DNA from: Marsupella aquatica
Lineage: Eukaryota > Plantae > Marchantiophyta
Length of the DNA: 64,000 nucleotides
NCBI GenBank assembly: GCA_973895155.1
Contig: OZ316893.1
Coordinates: forward strand, 13,346,359 to 13,410,358
Direction of reading: 5' to 3'
The translations under genes and the position numbers were made by a program. Numbering within the stretch: position 1 is the first letter of the stretch; every line of letters starts with the position of its first letter. Shown here piece by piece: positions 24,785-36,392 of the stretch. A model generated the notes under the pieces. It saw only the letters and a program-made list of their open reading frames with translations. It ran no database searches and was not told where the DNA came from.

Positions 24785-25262
24785 GTTTCCAATGAGTCTC
24801 AGATTGAGAAATTTTGTCAAGTTCCAAATGAGTTTGAATTTCTCTACCTTTCCAATGATTGTGACAATACCAAAATTTGATCACGAATTCATGAATTCTT
24901 TTAGCTTTCCAACATTGAGTCCGACATTGACAAATTTCATGTCAGATTTTGTCACGGTATTAAAGAGATCATGAGGTTTTCAATCTCTCTAGCTTTCTAA
25001 CATGTGACATTGGGAATATTCGTCAAGAATTATAGAGATCATGAGTATCTAAATATCTCTAGCTTTCCAATGAACCTAACATTGATAGATTTGGTCAAGT
25101 ACTAAGGAGATGATGAGAGTCTAATTTTACTTTAGCTTTCCAATGAGTGTGACATTGAGAGATTTTATCAAGACATTACTAAATGGTCATGAATTTCTAA
25201 ATCTTGATCTTGAGCTTTCCAATGAATCAAACATTGACAGATTTCATCAAGTACTAAGAAGG
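24785..25262. repeat. Degenerate 60-90 bp tandem repeat (GCTTTCCAATGA..ACATTGA..ATTT.GTCAAGTACTAAG), TE-internal type
   Basis: About seven units starting near 24786, 24848, 24904, 24992, 25062, 25135 and 25214. A related single unit lies at about 15944-16015. Confidence 0.75.
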
Positions 25263-26036
25263 ATTGATTATTTAGTTTTAGAATGTGGATCCAAAGGGTT
25301 TCTAACTATGTACATTTCTATAGATTGGTTTTTTCAAACTCGCAAACAATTAAAAAATACAAGCATTTTGATATAAAACACTGATATATCATTGACAAAT
25401 ATCAGACTGGTTACTTTATTTTACTAAATGACATCTCTTCCTTTGTATGCTGATTTTTTTTACGTTTAATACTTACGGCATGGCACCCCAAAAACGTTTC
25501 TTTTGCCACAAACATGAATGGATGTTTTTGTTACTGTCAAAAATAAGATCTTTCCTGTTTGTGACTGGTTGTGCTGATGTGGCGCGAGATGTGGCGCAAC
25601 GTTGTGACAAGGGATTTGCAAAGGACCTCTCATGGGGTCCGTAATTAGTAGTTTTCAGAATTTTACAGGGTCTACTCACAAATTAAGGCAAAGACTCTAC
25701 TCACAAAATTTTCATGGTCTACTAACAAAGTTGTGTTTGTCACGCTAATTTTGTGCTAACATTATTTCCGCACACATGAATTAGTGTTAACATGGTCTCA
25801 AGAGTGGGAAAATAGAGAAAAAACTATTTTGAAAAATACTTATGAATTAGTGTTAGTTTGGACTCAAGATCATCCATTTTTTACTAGCAATCTAAACAAA
25901 AGTATAAAAAACTACTTTTAAAAATAGACAAAATTAGTTTACTTGACTCACAATCACTTTTGCCAAAACAAGTGTTAGTAAAACTGCTTTTGTACCAATT
26001 AACATTAATTTAGCATAACACTAATTATGGGGGCAA

Positions 26037-26384
26037 TGTTGTGGGGAGACATCAGATCAAGAAAAACACCCCAAATATACACTTGCTCAATAGTTACGTG
26101 GTTCGTCTTAAGGTCGGCTACATCCATGGGAAGGTAAAGCTTTATTAACGGTTACGTGTCTACTCAAGCATCACCATAGCTCTCATCTCTTCAAGCTCTC
26201 ATCTCTTGCTATATCCTGTGTGTTCTCTCTTGAGAACTCTCAGATTGTGTGTGTGTTCACACCATTTAGAACTTGAAGAGATAAGGCCTAATCTCTTCAA
26301 CTAGGGTTAGAGCAAACCCTAGTTAACATACTGACCATAGTTCAACCCAAGCCGGAGTTAACCTCTACAAATGTAAATACAATA
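26037..26384 (-). mobile_element. Degenerate copia-type solo LTR
   Basis: The plus strand begins TGTTG and ends ..AAATACAATA. It contains the reverse complement of GGATGTAGCC...GAACCACGTAA. No TSD. Confidence 0.5.
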
Positions 26385-26458
26385 GTACTAAAACCTATTT
26401 ATCACAATTTGAGTAAGATTGCTAAAAGTCGTAGCAACCCTATCATGGTATCAGAAGT

Positions 26459-27359
26459 GAGGTATATGCTTGATGGGACCCTTGCCAAAACAAATTTATG
26501 TGACAGGCCCCTACTAAATGTTTTTTCCAAACTAGCCCCCCCACAAAAATGTTGTTACCAACTAGGCCCCCTACATATGTTCCGTACACATGATCCTTAT
26601 GTGGTGCATATAGCGTACATTTATGCTTGAAGACATAATGGATGATGTCTTCACATGATTATAGAGTTTTAAAGTATCCACTACTAGAGGATAGTGGGTT
26701 CTTACAATATTTAGTCTAAACATTTAGTCTAGTTTTTGCAGGCTAGCAAAATTTTCCCATTATGATTGAGTCCATGGTGTCTTTGTTTCACACTTAGACA
26801 ATTTTTGAAAGTTGCAACAAGGGAAAACAACAAAGAGTAAAAGATCCTTGGTTCCTTCCATACTTAGAAAAAATTGGGTCTAGATTGAGAAGACAATTTT
26901 TAAACATTGCAATAGGGACCAATGGACAAAAATAGATGATTCATTCCATACTTAGACAAAAGAACAATGAGAAACGTCAAAACATCTCGCAAACCCTGTG
27001 CATAGGTTTAGTGAAACAACCTAAAGACAAAATTCAAACCTGAAGACATGAACCATATTGTTTTCACTTAGGAACTTGCAATTCAAGCGACGACAGCCAT
27101 TCCTCTGTGGTTCCCCCAATGGTGTAGTTTGTCATTAAACATGGTTTGACGTACTCTAAACTTTACAGTAGCACTTATTGGTGACAATATCAAGCCAAAA
27201 CTCCTTATAGGAACTTTACAAGAACATCTAACACAAAAGTGTCAGGGGCAAAAAAAATTCCCAGGGAAAAGTGTCCAAGGGACAATGTTTACAACAAAAG
27301 TTTCAAAGGGCCCACCACCTAAAGTTGTTTTGGCAGGGATTCCATCAAACATATACCTC
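26459..27359. mobile_element. Non-autonomous Mutator-like (long TIR) element
   Basis: About 40-bp imperfect TIRs: GAGGTATATGCTTGATGGGACCCTTGCCAAAACAAATTTA versus the reverse complement of the right end, GAGGTATATGTTTGATGGAATCCCTGCCAAAACAACTTTA. The 9-bp flanks match only at 5 of 9 positions. Confidence 0.6.
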
Positions 27360-28044
27360 GGTAGACGTTGGTGCAAGATGGGGCCTAATATCATTCACCA
27401 CGATTGACAATATCGATGCATATTAATGTCAAAATCCGTACGACTTGTGATATGGCTGCCCGTAGCCCGCGGCCATTGCCCGACACTAGAACGAATATAA
27501 TTACAATTAAAAAGAGCCTTACCAGCTGTGCAGCAAAAGTTGTGTGAGTGGTAGTCAAGCAGACTTGGGCCCAACAGGGCAGGGGTTCGAATCCTGCCTG
27601 ACACAGTTCTCTTTTGTAACAAACCCCACCCAAAAGTGCGGTTCATTCATCAACTTTGACACTTAGAAAAAAATTATGTCCACATTCTTTCACGGGCAGC
27701 CAACGGGGATGGTCGCGGGCAGGGAGGGTGCGAGGCTCATTAACGAGCCTCGATATTGTCGTTCGCGCTGAATCTAATATCCCATGATGCAATAAATACA
27801 ATTCCAAGGATTATTCTATGCTTAGATTTTGTCCTATAATATTTATAAAGCGCCTGGTCTCATTCTATGAGCAGTACAGTATGTCATGGCTTAACCGACC
27901 ATTTCTTCTTCAAAAAAATAGTCTAAATGGACCTTGGGACACTCAGAGAAGGTGCAACACACAAGCAATCTCTCAATTTTTTGTCCTCTCCTTCTTGTAA
28001 AGCCGGCTATTAAAGTCCCCTTAATGAAGCCCCCTCAATAGGTA

Positions 28045-28166
28045 ACCCTGCCGGTAATCACACATCAAAATGTGGTTGCATTCATTGATTGAAAGAAAAA
28101 AAGTAGGATTATCACGGTATGCAGAGATGCCCTACATAGTATATATCATATTTTGATGTGCAGTTA
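28045..28166. repeat. Short self-complementary dispersed repeat (MITE-like), copy 1
   Basis: CACATCAAAAT...ATTTTGATGTG internal inverted ends; a reverse-complement copy lies at about 53059-53179. Confidence 0.7.
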
Positions 28167-28574
28167 TTGACAATAGGTAAGTGTAGTGCACGTCTATCAA
28201 ACAATGACAAAGTTAGAACAAACGTGTTCTTCTTATTGAAGAGAATTTGTAACCACCCCCTTAATTGGTTTACTTTAGTGCATGTCTAGCAATGAATGCC
28301 TAAAAGTAAGAACACATGTGTTCTTATTATTAAAAGGAAAATGTAACCAATCCAAATTAAAAAAGGAACTGACGAATACTTTTATAGTGGTGGAATCTAA
28401 CGAAGTTTTGCCACTAAAAAAGCTGTACTACTTTCTCACTTTTCGAGGCTCCTCATTTTTTGTCACAATCAATTTCGTCTGCAAGCACACATGTGTTTGT
28501 CATTCTTCATCATTTTACAATTGAATGCAACTGGAAGATCACAGTCGACTCTCTCTAACACGCACATGGTATAA

Positions 28575-29745
28575 ATGCAAAACCTGGTGTAGTGCAAGGC
28601 ATCCTGTTCTGCCCTTTATTTTAAATGGAGTCTCCCTTATATTTTAGATGGAGTTTGCACTTTCTCTGCATCATTTCTAAGCGCAAACAGGCCTGGAATC
28701 ATTTCACCAAATGGCAACCTTACAAGAGAAAAGCCCTCAATAAGTGCATTTGTACTTTAATAAGAAAAGGTGGGCATTCAATCTGGACTTCAGGTTGAGT
28801 TGGCCCTCACTTCTGCTATGATTTTTAGTTTTCTTTTGGTGGCTGACTTTAGGTTTCCTTTTCACTTTCTCCTTTTGCCTTTGTCCCTCATTTCCTCCCT
28901 CATTTCTGGATGCCTCTGGTTTTTGAGTGGTTATTGGCTTTCACTCCATTGTAGGCCTGGCCTGGTTACTCCCTGTTTTAAGAAATATGAAAAGAAAAGG
29001 TGGGCATTTAACAAGCCCATCGGATTACATTCTACTTGTACATGCACACCCTTTCTTAGTAGAGTCAAAAATATACTTAAGAAGTTGGATGCTGAATTAA
29101 GGGTAGGGATGTACAACTTGTGTAATGAGAGTGCTAAAGAGTCACGAGACTGCTCAGTGAAGGAGGGGCCACTTATTGACAAGTGCAAAGTTTAGGAGGT
29201 TTTCACTTATCAAGGAATACAAAACCTTGTTTAGTCCACACCAGATCCATCTTCCGGGGATTGTGCACGTGAGAGAGAGTTAACTGTGCGACACCTCTCT
29301 TGTCCTCTCCAGTCGGCTTTCTCTAAGCGCACACTCTGTAAGCGCTTACCCTTGATTAGTGCAGGTCATCCTGTTCTTCCCCTTTTTTTTGCAGGATAAG
29401 GGCTTTTTCTAAGCGCAGACAGGGCTTAAATCATTTTGCTAAATGACAACTTTATAAGTGCTTACCCTTGATAATTGCCACTATGCTCTTATTGGTAAAT
29501 GCACAAAATCATGAAATTGCATTTACGGATAAATGCATGCCCATTCTTAGTAGAGTATAGAATGCACTTAAGGAAGGTTGGCACAGAATTAGGGCAGGGA
29601 TACTAGGACTAGGGTGACTACTCACTAAGGGAGGGGCTCTAAATTTAACAAATTCAATTTAACAAATGCACTTCTTTAGGGGGGGTGCGCTTATCAAGGA
29701 ATGCAACACCTGGTTTAGTGCATGCCAGATTGTGTACACTTAGGG
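28575..29745. repeat. Patchwork of degenerate direct duplications
   Basis: The blocks CATCCTGTTCT..CTAAGCGCA.ACAGG, TTCTTAGTAGAGT..CTTAAG..GAATTA.GG.AGGGAT and CTTATCAAGGAAT.CAA.ACCT.GTTTAGT each occur twice. Confidence 0.6.
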
Positions 29746-30189
29746 AGAGTTGACTATACTCTTCGTAGGCCGTCATTTTTTCACTGTCTTATTAGCGTGC
29801 ATGGACGCACGTGTTTGTCATTCTTCGTTATTCTACACTAACTTCAATCCGAATGTGATTCGGAGTTGTGCTCCACTTCTCTTGACGTCCACTCTTCGTC
29901 TCTTCGCTCTTTTCAGAGCAGTCTGGAGTCTAGATTACTCATCAGTCCAGTCGATCACATGATTCTTTTGTGCGAAAACGTCGAAAAGGAAGGAAGGAAG
30001 GAAGGAAGGAAGTTCACAACTCTCGTTCATCCATCGCGCTGCCTCCCGGTAAGCTTCGCCAGACGCCAGGGCTCAACATAAAACAGGCGATGCTGCATTC
30101 CGGCCACATGAGACGCATCTACGCCACACATCTGAACCCTAAACCCTACTTATTACTGATAATGCGCGCTGGAATATGATTTTGTCTGC

Positions 30190-30565
30190 CCCGCGGGCAG
30201 CGCTTGGTTAATTATTAGTGATCGGGCAGCCGGCAGCGGTCCAATTCTGACAAACTTTGCCGATCCCGGGCAGTCGATGGAATGAATTGCTTGCCCGTTG
30301 GGGCAGCGCTCGAGTTTGGAAAGACGATGCCGAGCCCGGGCAGCGGGGATGGAATGATGGCTTAGTGGTGTGTATTAGTGGTCGGGCACCGCTTATCTAG
30401 TTTTATATGCTTGATTACTGATCGGGCACCGCTAATCTAATTTTAGACGCTTCATTAGTGATCGGGCAGCGGTCCAATTCTGATAGAGTTTGCCGAGCCC
30501 GGGCAGTCGATGGAATGATTTGCTTCCCCGGCGCTAATCGAACTTAGTGGCCAGAATCGGGCAGC
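30190..30565. repeat. GC-rich degenerate tandem repeat (TAGTGATCGGGCAGC / CCCGGGCAGTCGATGGAATGA)
   Basis: More than ten GGGCAGC/GGGCACC cores in about 375 bp, with a near-exact longer block at about 30235-30295 and 30468-30527. Confidence 0.75.
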
Positions 30566-30890
30566 TTTCAATTGAACTTACACTATTATTAGCACCGAAC
30601 AAGAAACAAAAAAAACCACATTGGCGCAGGCGCAGGCGCAATGATTCTCACTGATAATATGAATGCACTTTCGATGAGATCGAGCTCCATAGTATCGTGA
30701 TTGCTGTGATGGAATGGATTCAGAATTGTATTTCCGTGGTCGCTGGTGCTGTGGAAAGTGCGTGCGTCGTGAGTTGGTGACACCATTGTGTGCCGTGTGA
30801 GAGAGTTAGCGAGATCGACTCCCGATCGACAGGATGGTGCCCATAACACGACTATAGCGGCAACGAGATCATCGACGATTGCAACAAACA

Positions 30891-30894
<4 letters not shown>

Positions 30895-30931
<37 letters not shown>
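30895..30931. repeat. (CT)n microsatellite, likely near the F-box gene TSS or 5' leader
   Basis: Pure CT run of about 18 units. Confidence 0.95.
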
Positions 30932-30934
<3 letters not shown>

Positions 30935-31127
30935 CCGGTTTTGTGGATCCAGCTCTCATCCACAGGTGGTCTGGATCTGCTTTGCGTGAAGAAGCTGATT
31001 CGGTGATGGACGACGAAGTTCGTTGTTAAGTGCTCAAGTGCGTTGACTACAGTGTATACCGATTTGAGCACGCGGAGGAGAAGGGAGGCAGTTGGCCTGT
31101 GCCGTGGAGCACAGCTGCAGGTTTCTG

Positions 31128-31650
31128 TTCCAGTATTTACCTTGAAAGCAGCATTCGAGCCTCGGCAATGGGCACCATCAATCCAGTATCCTCTGGAACG
31201 ACTTGAAGAATACTTGTAGACTTCTTTTCCATCCAGTTGCTGTCAATTTCCACCTCCTTTCCGGCACCCCTGTATTCACGTTGAAAGCAGCACTCGAGCG
31301 TGGGCACTTGGCATCATCTATCCAGTTTTTCCTGGAATGACTTGAAGAATACATGTACACTTCTGTTCCATCTGGTTGGTGCCAATTTCCACCTGCATTG
31401 CAGGCTCTCCAGTAATCACTTTGCAATCGCCAGTCGAACGTGGCCAATGGGTATCAGCAATCCAGTTTTCTCTGGAATGACTTGAAGAATGCTTGTAGAC
31501 GGTTGCATCTAGTCGCTGCCACTCCAGTATTCACGTTGAAAGCAACACTCGAGCGTGGGCAATGGGCATCAGCAATCCAGCTTTCTCTGGAATGACTTGA
31601 AGAATGCTGGGAGACTTCTGTTCCATCTAGGTGCTCCCAATTTCCACCTC
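31128..31650 (+). repeat. Four approximately 115-140 bp tandem units upstream of the F-box CDS, three carrying a 12-codon uORF
   Basis: The units share TTGAAAGCA..TCGAGC..GGGCA..ATCCAG..CTGGAAYGACTTGAAGAAT. uORFs lie at 31168-31206, 31447-31485 and 31562-31600. Confidence 0.8.
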
Positions 31651-31764
31651 TCGTTGAGGCAACTCTGATTTCCGCAGTCAGTCCTCCGATATGTCTTCTA
31701 TGGAAATTTGAGAGATTTCCTGCAAGACCTTCAATAGCACTGTCCCATTGCGTTGAGCATATAT

Positions 31765-33054
31765 ATGGCCAACACAAGGTTCATGGATTCGTCGCCGGGC
31801 ACGAGCTGCGTGGAAGTCCGGAAGAAGGCGAAGAAGGACAGACTGGAGGAGACTCAGCAGCAACAACTGGTTGCGGATATTTGGGAGAGACTTCCCGAAC
31901 ACTTGATTGAGGAGGTCATCGCTAAGCTTCACTTCTCGAGCCTGTTTCGTTTCTCCTGTGCCTGCAAACGCTGGAGAGACTCAATTCTCTCCGGAAATCC
32001 CCATCTGGCGTTCGTCCACAGGGGTGTGCTTCTGGTCCTCAATCCGAACAGAAATGCGTGGGAGTCGGTGCCTATATCGTTCCTTCCCGTGGACCGGCTC
32101 AGCTCATTGTCTCTCGTCGCCTCGGCTGGAGGGCTGTTGTGCTTTCGCCCCAAACCGTTCGACAAATTCGTCGTTTGTAATCCGCTCACTAGGAGTTGGA
32201 GAACAGTGCAAATACCTTGGGGACAGGCGGCCGCGGCACCTGAACGGCTCGATCCCCTCTACTCGACCACTGCGTTACGGAAATTTCACAGATTCAAGTC
32301 AATGCCAAAATTCTTTTTGGTAGGTATGATTCTGAATTCGGACGAAACGCATTTCAAGATAATCGTAGCATCTGGTGTCACCCGTGCGCAAAGGGCAACG
32401 CTGGTTTATGACTCTTGTTCTGACTGCTGGGAGACAGTTGATGGTGTTCCGGACGATGGTGGTTTGGCAGGGTCTGGTGGCTTCCACGACGCACAAACGA
32501 TAGGATGTACAGGAAATTTGTACAGCACAATTAGGACCACCAATGATGAATTGAGATTGGTAAAATTCGACGTGCAGCAGCGAACGTGGCACCCTATTGC
32601 GGTACCTGATACGTCGAACTTACCATGGAAGCTCCTAGAACACAATGGGAAAATACTCCTGATATCAGGAAATCCTCGGAACCCCTCGAGCTTTGCATTC
32701 TATGAGCTCAAGGATGCAGGGATGACATCTTGGTCGCCGTTCAAATCTCTGCCTCTCATGAGATTATTTGAAGTCATGGGACATGGATTTGGAGTTTCCG
32801 AGGACCTGGAAGTTCTCGAGTGCTTGGGACAAGGAGATTCTCTGTTCTGTATAGGATCCAAGTCCTCGACCTCGCAAGTACCTGTTCGGAGTTTGGGTTC
32901 TTCTTCAAAACTTAGCTTCACTGTGGGCGTCCACAATTGCTCCTCGAATTCTGATATACTCACAGGTTGGGAGGAGCCGCAAATGGGTGGTTGTCAATTG
33001 TTTCCAAGGTCCTGGCAAATCTTTAGGCCAAGCCGGCTTTCATGTGTTAGATAG
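31765..33054 (+). CDS. F-box protein (F-box plus beta-propeller/kelch-like C-terminus), single exon
   Basis: IWERLPEHLIEEVIAKLHFSSLFRFSCACKRW is the F-box. LVASAGGLLCF..FVVCNPLTRSW and YDSCSDCW are typical of plant F-box/kelch-like proteins. The first ATG is at 31765. Confidence 0.9.
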   Translation: MANTRFMDSSPGTSCVEVRKKAKKDRLEETQQQQLVADIWERLPEHLIEEVIAKLHFSSLFRFSCACKRWRDSILSGNPHLAFVHRGVLLVLNPNRNAWESVPISFLPVDRLSSLSLVASAGGLLCFRPKPFDKFVVCNPLTRSWRTVQIPWGQAAAAPERLDPLYSTTALRKFHRFKSMPKFFLVGMILNSDETHFKIIVASGVTRAQRATLVYDSCSDCWETVDGVPDDGGLAGSGGFHDAQTIGCTGNLYSTIRTTNDELRLVKFDVQQRTWHPIAVPDTSNLPWKLLEHNGKILLISGNPRNPSSFAFYELKDAGMTSWSPFKSLPLMRLFEVMGHGFGVSEDLEVLECLGQGDSLFCIGSKSSTSQVPVRSLGSSSKLSFTVGVHNCSSNSDILTGWEEPQMGGCQLFPRSWQIFRPSRLSCVR

Positions 33055-34109
33055 GGAGATGAAATCGGGCAGTGTTCAGTTCTCTGCATCAACCTATCCA
33101 ACATGGTCGCTCTGATGCATTGATTTGAAAAAAAATGTCGGTCGAGGAGTTCAAAAGTGTTTCTCATTTCAAAATGACATGGGGAAGAACCAAATGCTTT
33201 GGAGGTAGGTTAATGATCTGAGCCTCAGTTAATTTTGGACATTTGCTCTCGCATCATGTGGTTGAAGTTTCGTTTCTGAGCGATGCCAATGCGATGATGG
33301 TTTGAATGTTCCTTCAGGTTCGAGGTTTGAAGAAGAAATTGCACCGTGTTTGCCGACCTTGGATAGGTATTTCTAGTCTCATTGAGTAGTGAATAATTTC
33401 TTTCACTGCGAATTCCCTACACTTTCTCTATCTCTGACTTCTTCCAGTCGAGAACAAAAGTTAACAATGTGAACATTGTCACACCAGCCCATCATTCGGG
33501 CCTATCAAGCTGAGGTCAGTGTCAAAGGTGGACATATTTCAGTCGGTCCGCCTCCAGGCCACCATCCCCTTCTAAATCCCACGCCCACGCCCGTTACATC
33601 GTGTCCAAGTTCCGCGTGTGATCCGAAGTAGTTAGCCGTGGAGATGTTCCCTCCCATCACAATTGTTGGTTTCCTCATTAGTCCAGCAACTGACTTAATG
33701 GTATCATCTCGGTAGCTGAATTGGGATAGCTTCCTCCCCACATTGGCTGTATGGTGAGTCTTTCATGCCAAGTTTCCCTCTGTTGTATGTAAAGGCACTA
33801 GTTTGGTTAGTAGGCATTCTTGATGCGATGTTTTTCAATTCGTGATCCAATGAAGTGGTGATCTCACATGTAAGCTTCTCTTCGGCTGACTAATTCAATG
33901 TAGGTAAAGGTTGAAAGATTCCTCACACTATCATACAAGATCTGAGTTTAGGTTCTGATACTAAAAAATACCGCGTGTGATCCGAAATATTTGAAAGAGT
34001 TAGCCGTGAAGATGTTCCCTCCCATCACAGCTATGTTTTATCTCGTGTGCCAATTGTTTTGAAGTCAACAAAATCGAAGAAGAAGTGAAATCTGAATAGT
34101 ATCTTGTCG

Positions 34110-34445
34110 TGTGCGCAAGAAGGCTCTACAATGAATGTATGATCGTAGACAGACGGATTCTAGCACTCGACGACACCATGAGAGTGTCTTGGAAAGGAGC
34201 AGCAATAAGGCTGAGCCATTGCCTGGTAGTTTCTTCTGCTCTTCTAGGACCCATCTTTTGCGTGTGATCGATCCGTTCGAAGCTTCAAAAATCATACGAA
34301 ATCACAATCCTCGATGCCTTCAGATCTTGGAATGTTAGAATCCTGTAAACCCTTCATCCGTGTGACGTGTGATAACGCTCGTTGTTCTCCTGTCTGAGCC
34401 TTCAGGGTACTCGAACCGACGAAGCCCCAATTGCACCATGGTTGT
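34110..34445 (-). pseudogene. Possible highly decayed DOXC-type 2OG-Fe(II) dioxygenase fragment
   Basis: Across frameshifts the order is LRRFEYPE..RHTDEGFT, ILTFQD..EGIE, RW..LPGNGSALLLLL..RSYIHCR. This loosely matches the YP..HTD..QD..GLE..W..PGAL..SxxHR pattern. Confidence 0.3.
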
Positions 34446-36392
34446 CGTGATTGGCCCGATTGCCTTGTTACTCCGTAGAAGTGAGGCACAACCAGTGAAC
34501 ATATGGCTGGTAAGTCTGACATGAATCTAGGCAATCTGGAATACTAACACCAAGATAGTCCCCTTAAGAGGTGAGAGGAAGGAGCAATTCTTGACCTAAT
34601 CATTGCTAGTAGAGGTTTAACATCCGATATTGCTGTACAATGAAAGATTTCAGACTCCTGCTTGGTAGGAGCTCTCTGCTGTAATTCGAGACGAATCCTA
34701 TTTATCTACTTGTCGTTAGATTTAGGTTTTGTGCAAAACGGCGAGGATTTGGCCACAGTGTTCTGTCGAGAACATTCTTTGTGGTCCAATTTCCACAGGA
34801 TGGATGCCTGCTTTCCTGATTCATTCACTTTATTTAATCAGATTTCACTTTCAATCCTTTTTATCGTCCCATGTCTTTGTGGGTTTTTCTGATTAGCCCG
34901 GATCAATGGCTACATACAGGGGCGATTCGGAATTACAAATCCTTTCACCGAATCTGGAGAAAACCACTCTTAATGTTCGAACATCGGGGAAAAATTCAAT
35001 AGCCGTGAGTTTTCCAGTGGCTGGACAGGACTGCATGCATTCATGACGATACTGGAAGTTGATTTTGATGATTATGACACGAGAGTTAGAGGAGCCGGAC
35101 TCATTTTGATTTGACCTGAAGAAGCAGTCAAAATTCAGAGCCCCTGAGAAAAATTGATGAGCAAACAACCATTGTTGAGAATGATGTGCTGGAATTGTGC
35201 GAGTGATCGAATCATATCGGCTGCTCTAATATGATTGCACGATATGTAAACGGCTTGAGGACCATCATTGTCCTTTTCACTCTTTGAGGCAGACCGTCGC
35301 GGTTCGACTGAACATTTGCTCCTGTGAAAACTTTTCTACTGCAAGAACTTGCTAGTTATCACAGTTATGTTGCATCAACCCCAACCTTTCACCTCGCCAC
35401 TAATCTATTGCTATGGTGGCAGAAGTATAGCAGCACTACATCTAGTGTTATATCCAAGTTTATCTCGTTGCCCAAGACATCCTGAAGGACGAAGATTTGC
35501 CCTCCTGATAATATGTCCATCGAGCTCCCAAGTTGGAGAGGCCTTCCACTGCCACTGCGTCCACCCGGCTTGTCAACCTGTCTGAACACTTGAAAGGCTA
35601 CCATAAGTACAGTCTACAGTAGCGGGGACCACCTAATGCATTGTTACCTACCGTCAAAAACTTGATCACAAGTGGACGCGCATTCTGACGGCATGTGCTC
35701 TGCAAACAATATTGCAGAACTTCTTCTAGTTCCAATCACGTCGAAATCATGGCAAATACCACTTTTTCCATGAGTCGTGCTCTCAAGTCACATTAACAGT
35801 GAGATTGTCCTCTAACCCTCAAGCAATGGGAGGATACTTTACTTGCATGACGTACCATATTGCTTGTCAACGTGTACCAAATGAACGGAGACCTTCGAAA
35901 TTCGTTTCAGAAATCCTTTTGGAAAGATTTAGACTAATCGTCATCTCAAGGCCAGTCACTGAAACTGTAGGTCGGGACTGGCAGTAGGAATTGTTGAAGT
36001 GGAGCCCCACGGCTCGTATTCCTGTACTACTAGAGAAAACTGACCCCATCACTCAACCTTACTATGAAATAATCACGAACTTAATCGAAAGCCCAGTGCA
36101 GGCCAATAGTCAATCCGCCCCCAAGGAGTGAGAAATAAATTCCTCCAATTTCCTTTAAAGAGTGTCGGTCGGAATGTAGGGGGGTCCTCCTCACTCATTG
36201 TCCAAGATGCACTCCTGCAAAATTTCTCCAGAGAGACCTCCTTGGCACCTGAACGAACATCCTGGTCGGCAATCAGGTTGGAAATATCTTGCAGAGTCTG
36301 GAAAGGACAATGTCGCCGTGCAAAGTCTTCACACGGCATGCGTGCAAATATGTCAATGGTTGTGGACGTTTGGAGCTTCAAACCTCGTCAGA

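Noticed and set aside
27540-27605. tRNA gene
   Set aside because: Only a T-arm/B-box is evident; acceptor, D and anticodon stems could not be formed.
31128-31650. Repeat protein in the frame PVFTLKAALERG...LE*LEE with recoded TGA
   Set aside because: Additional TAG stops and frameshifts occur between units, and land plants are not known to use selenocysteine.
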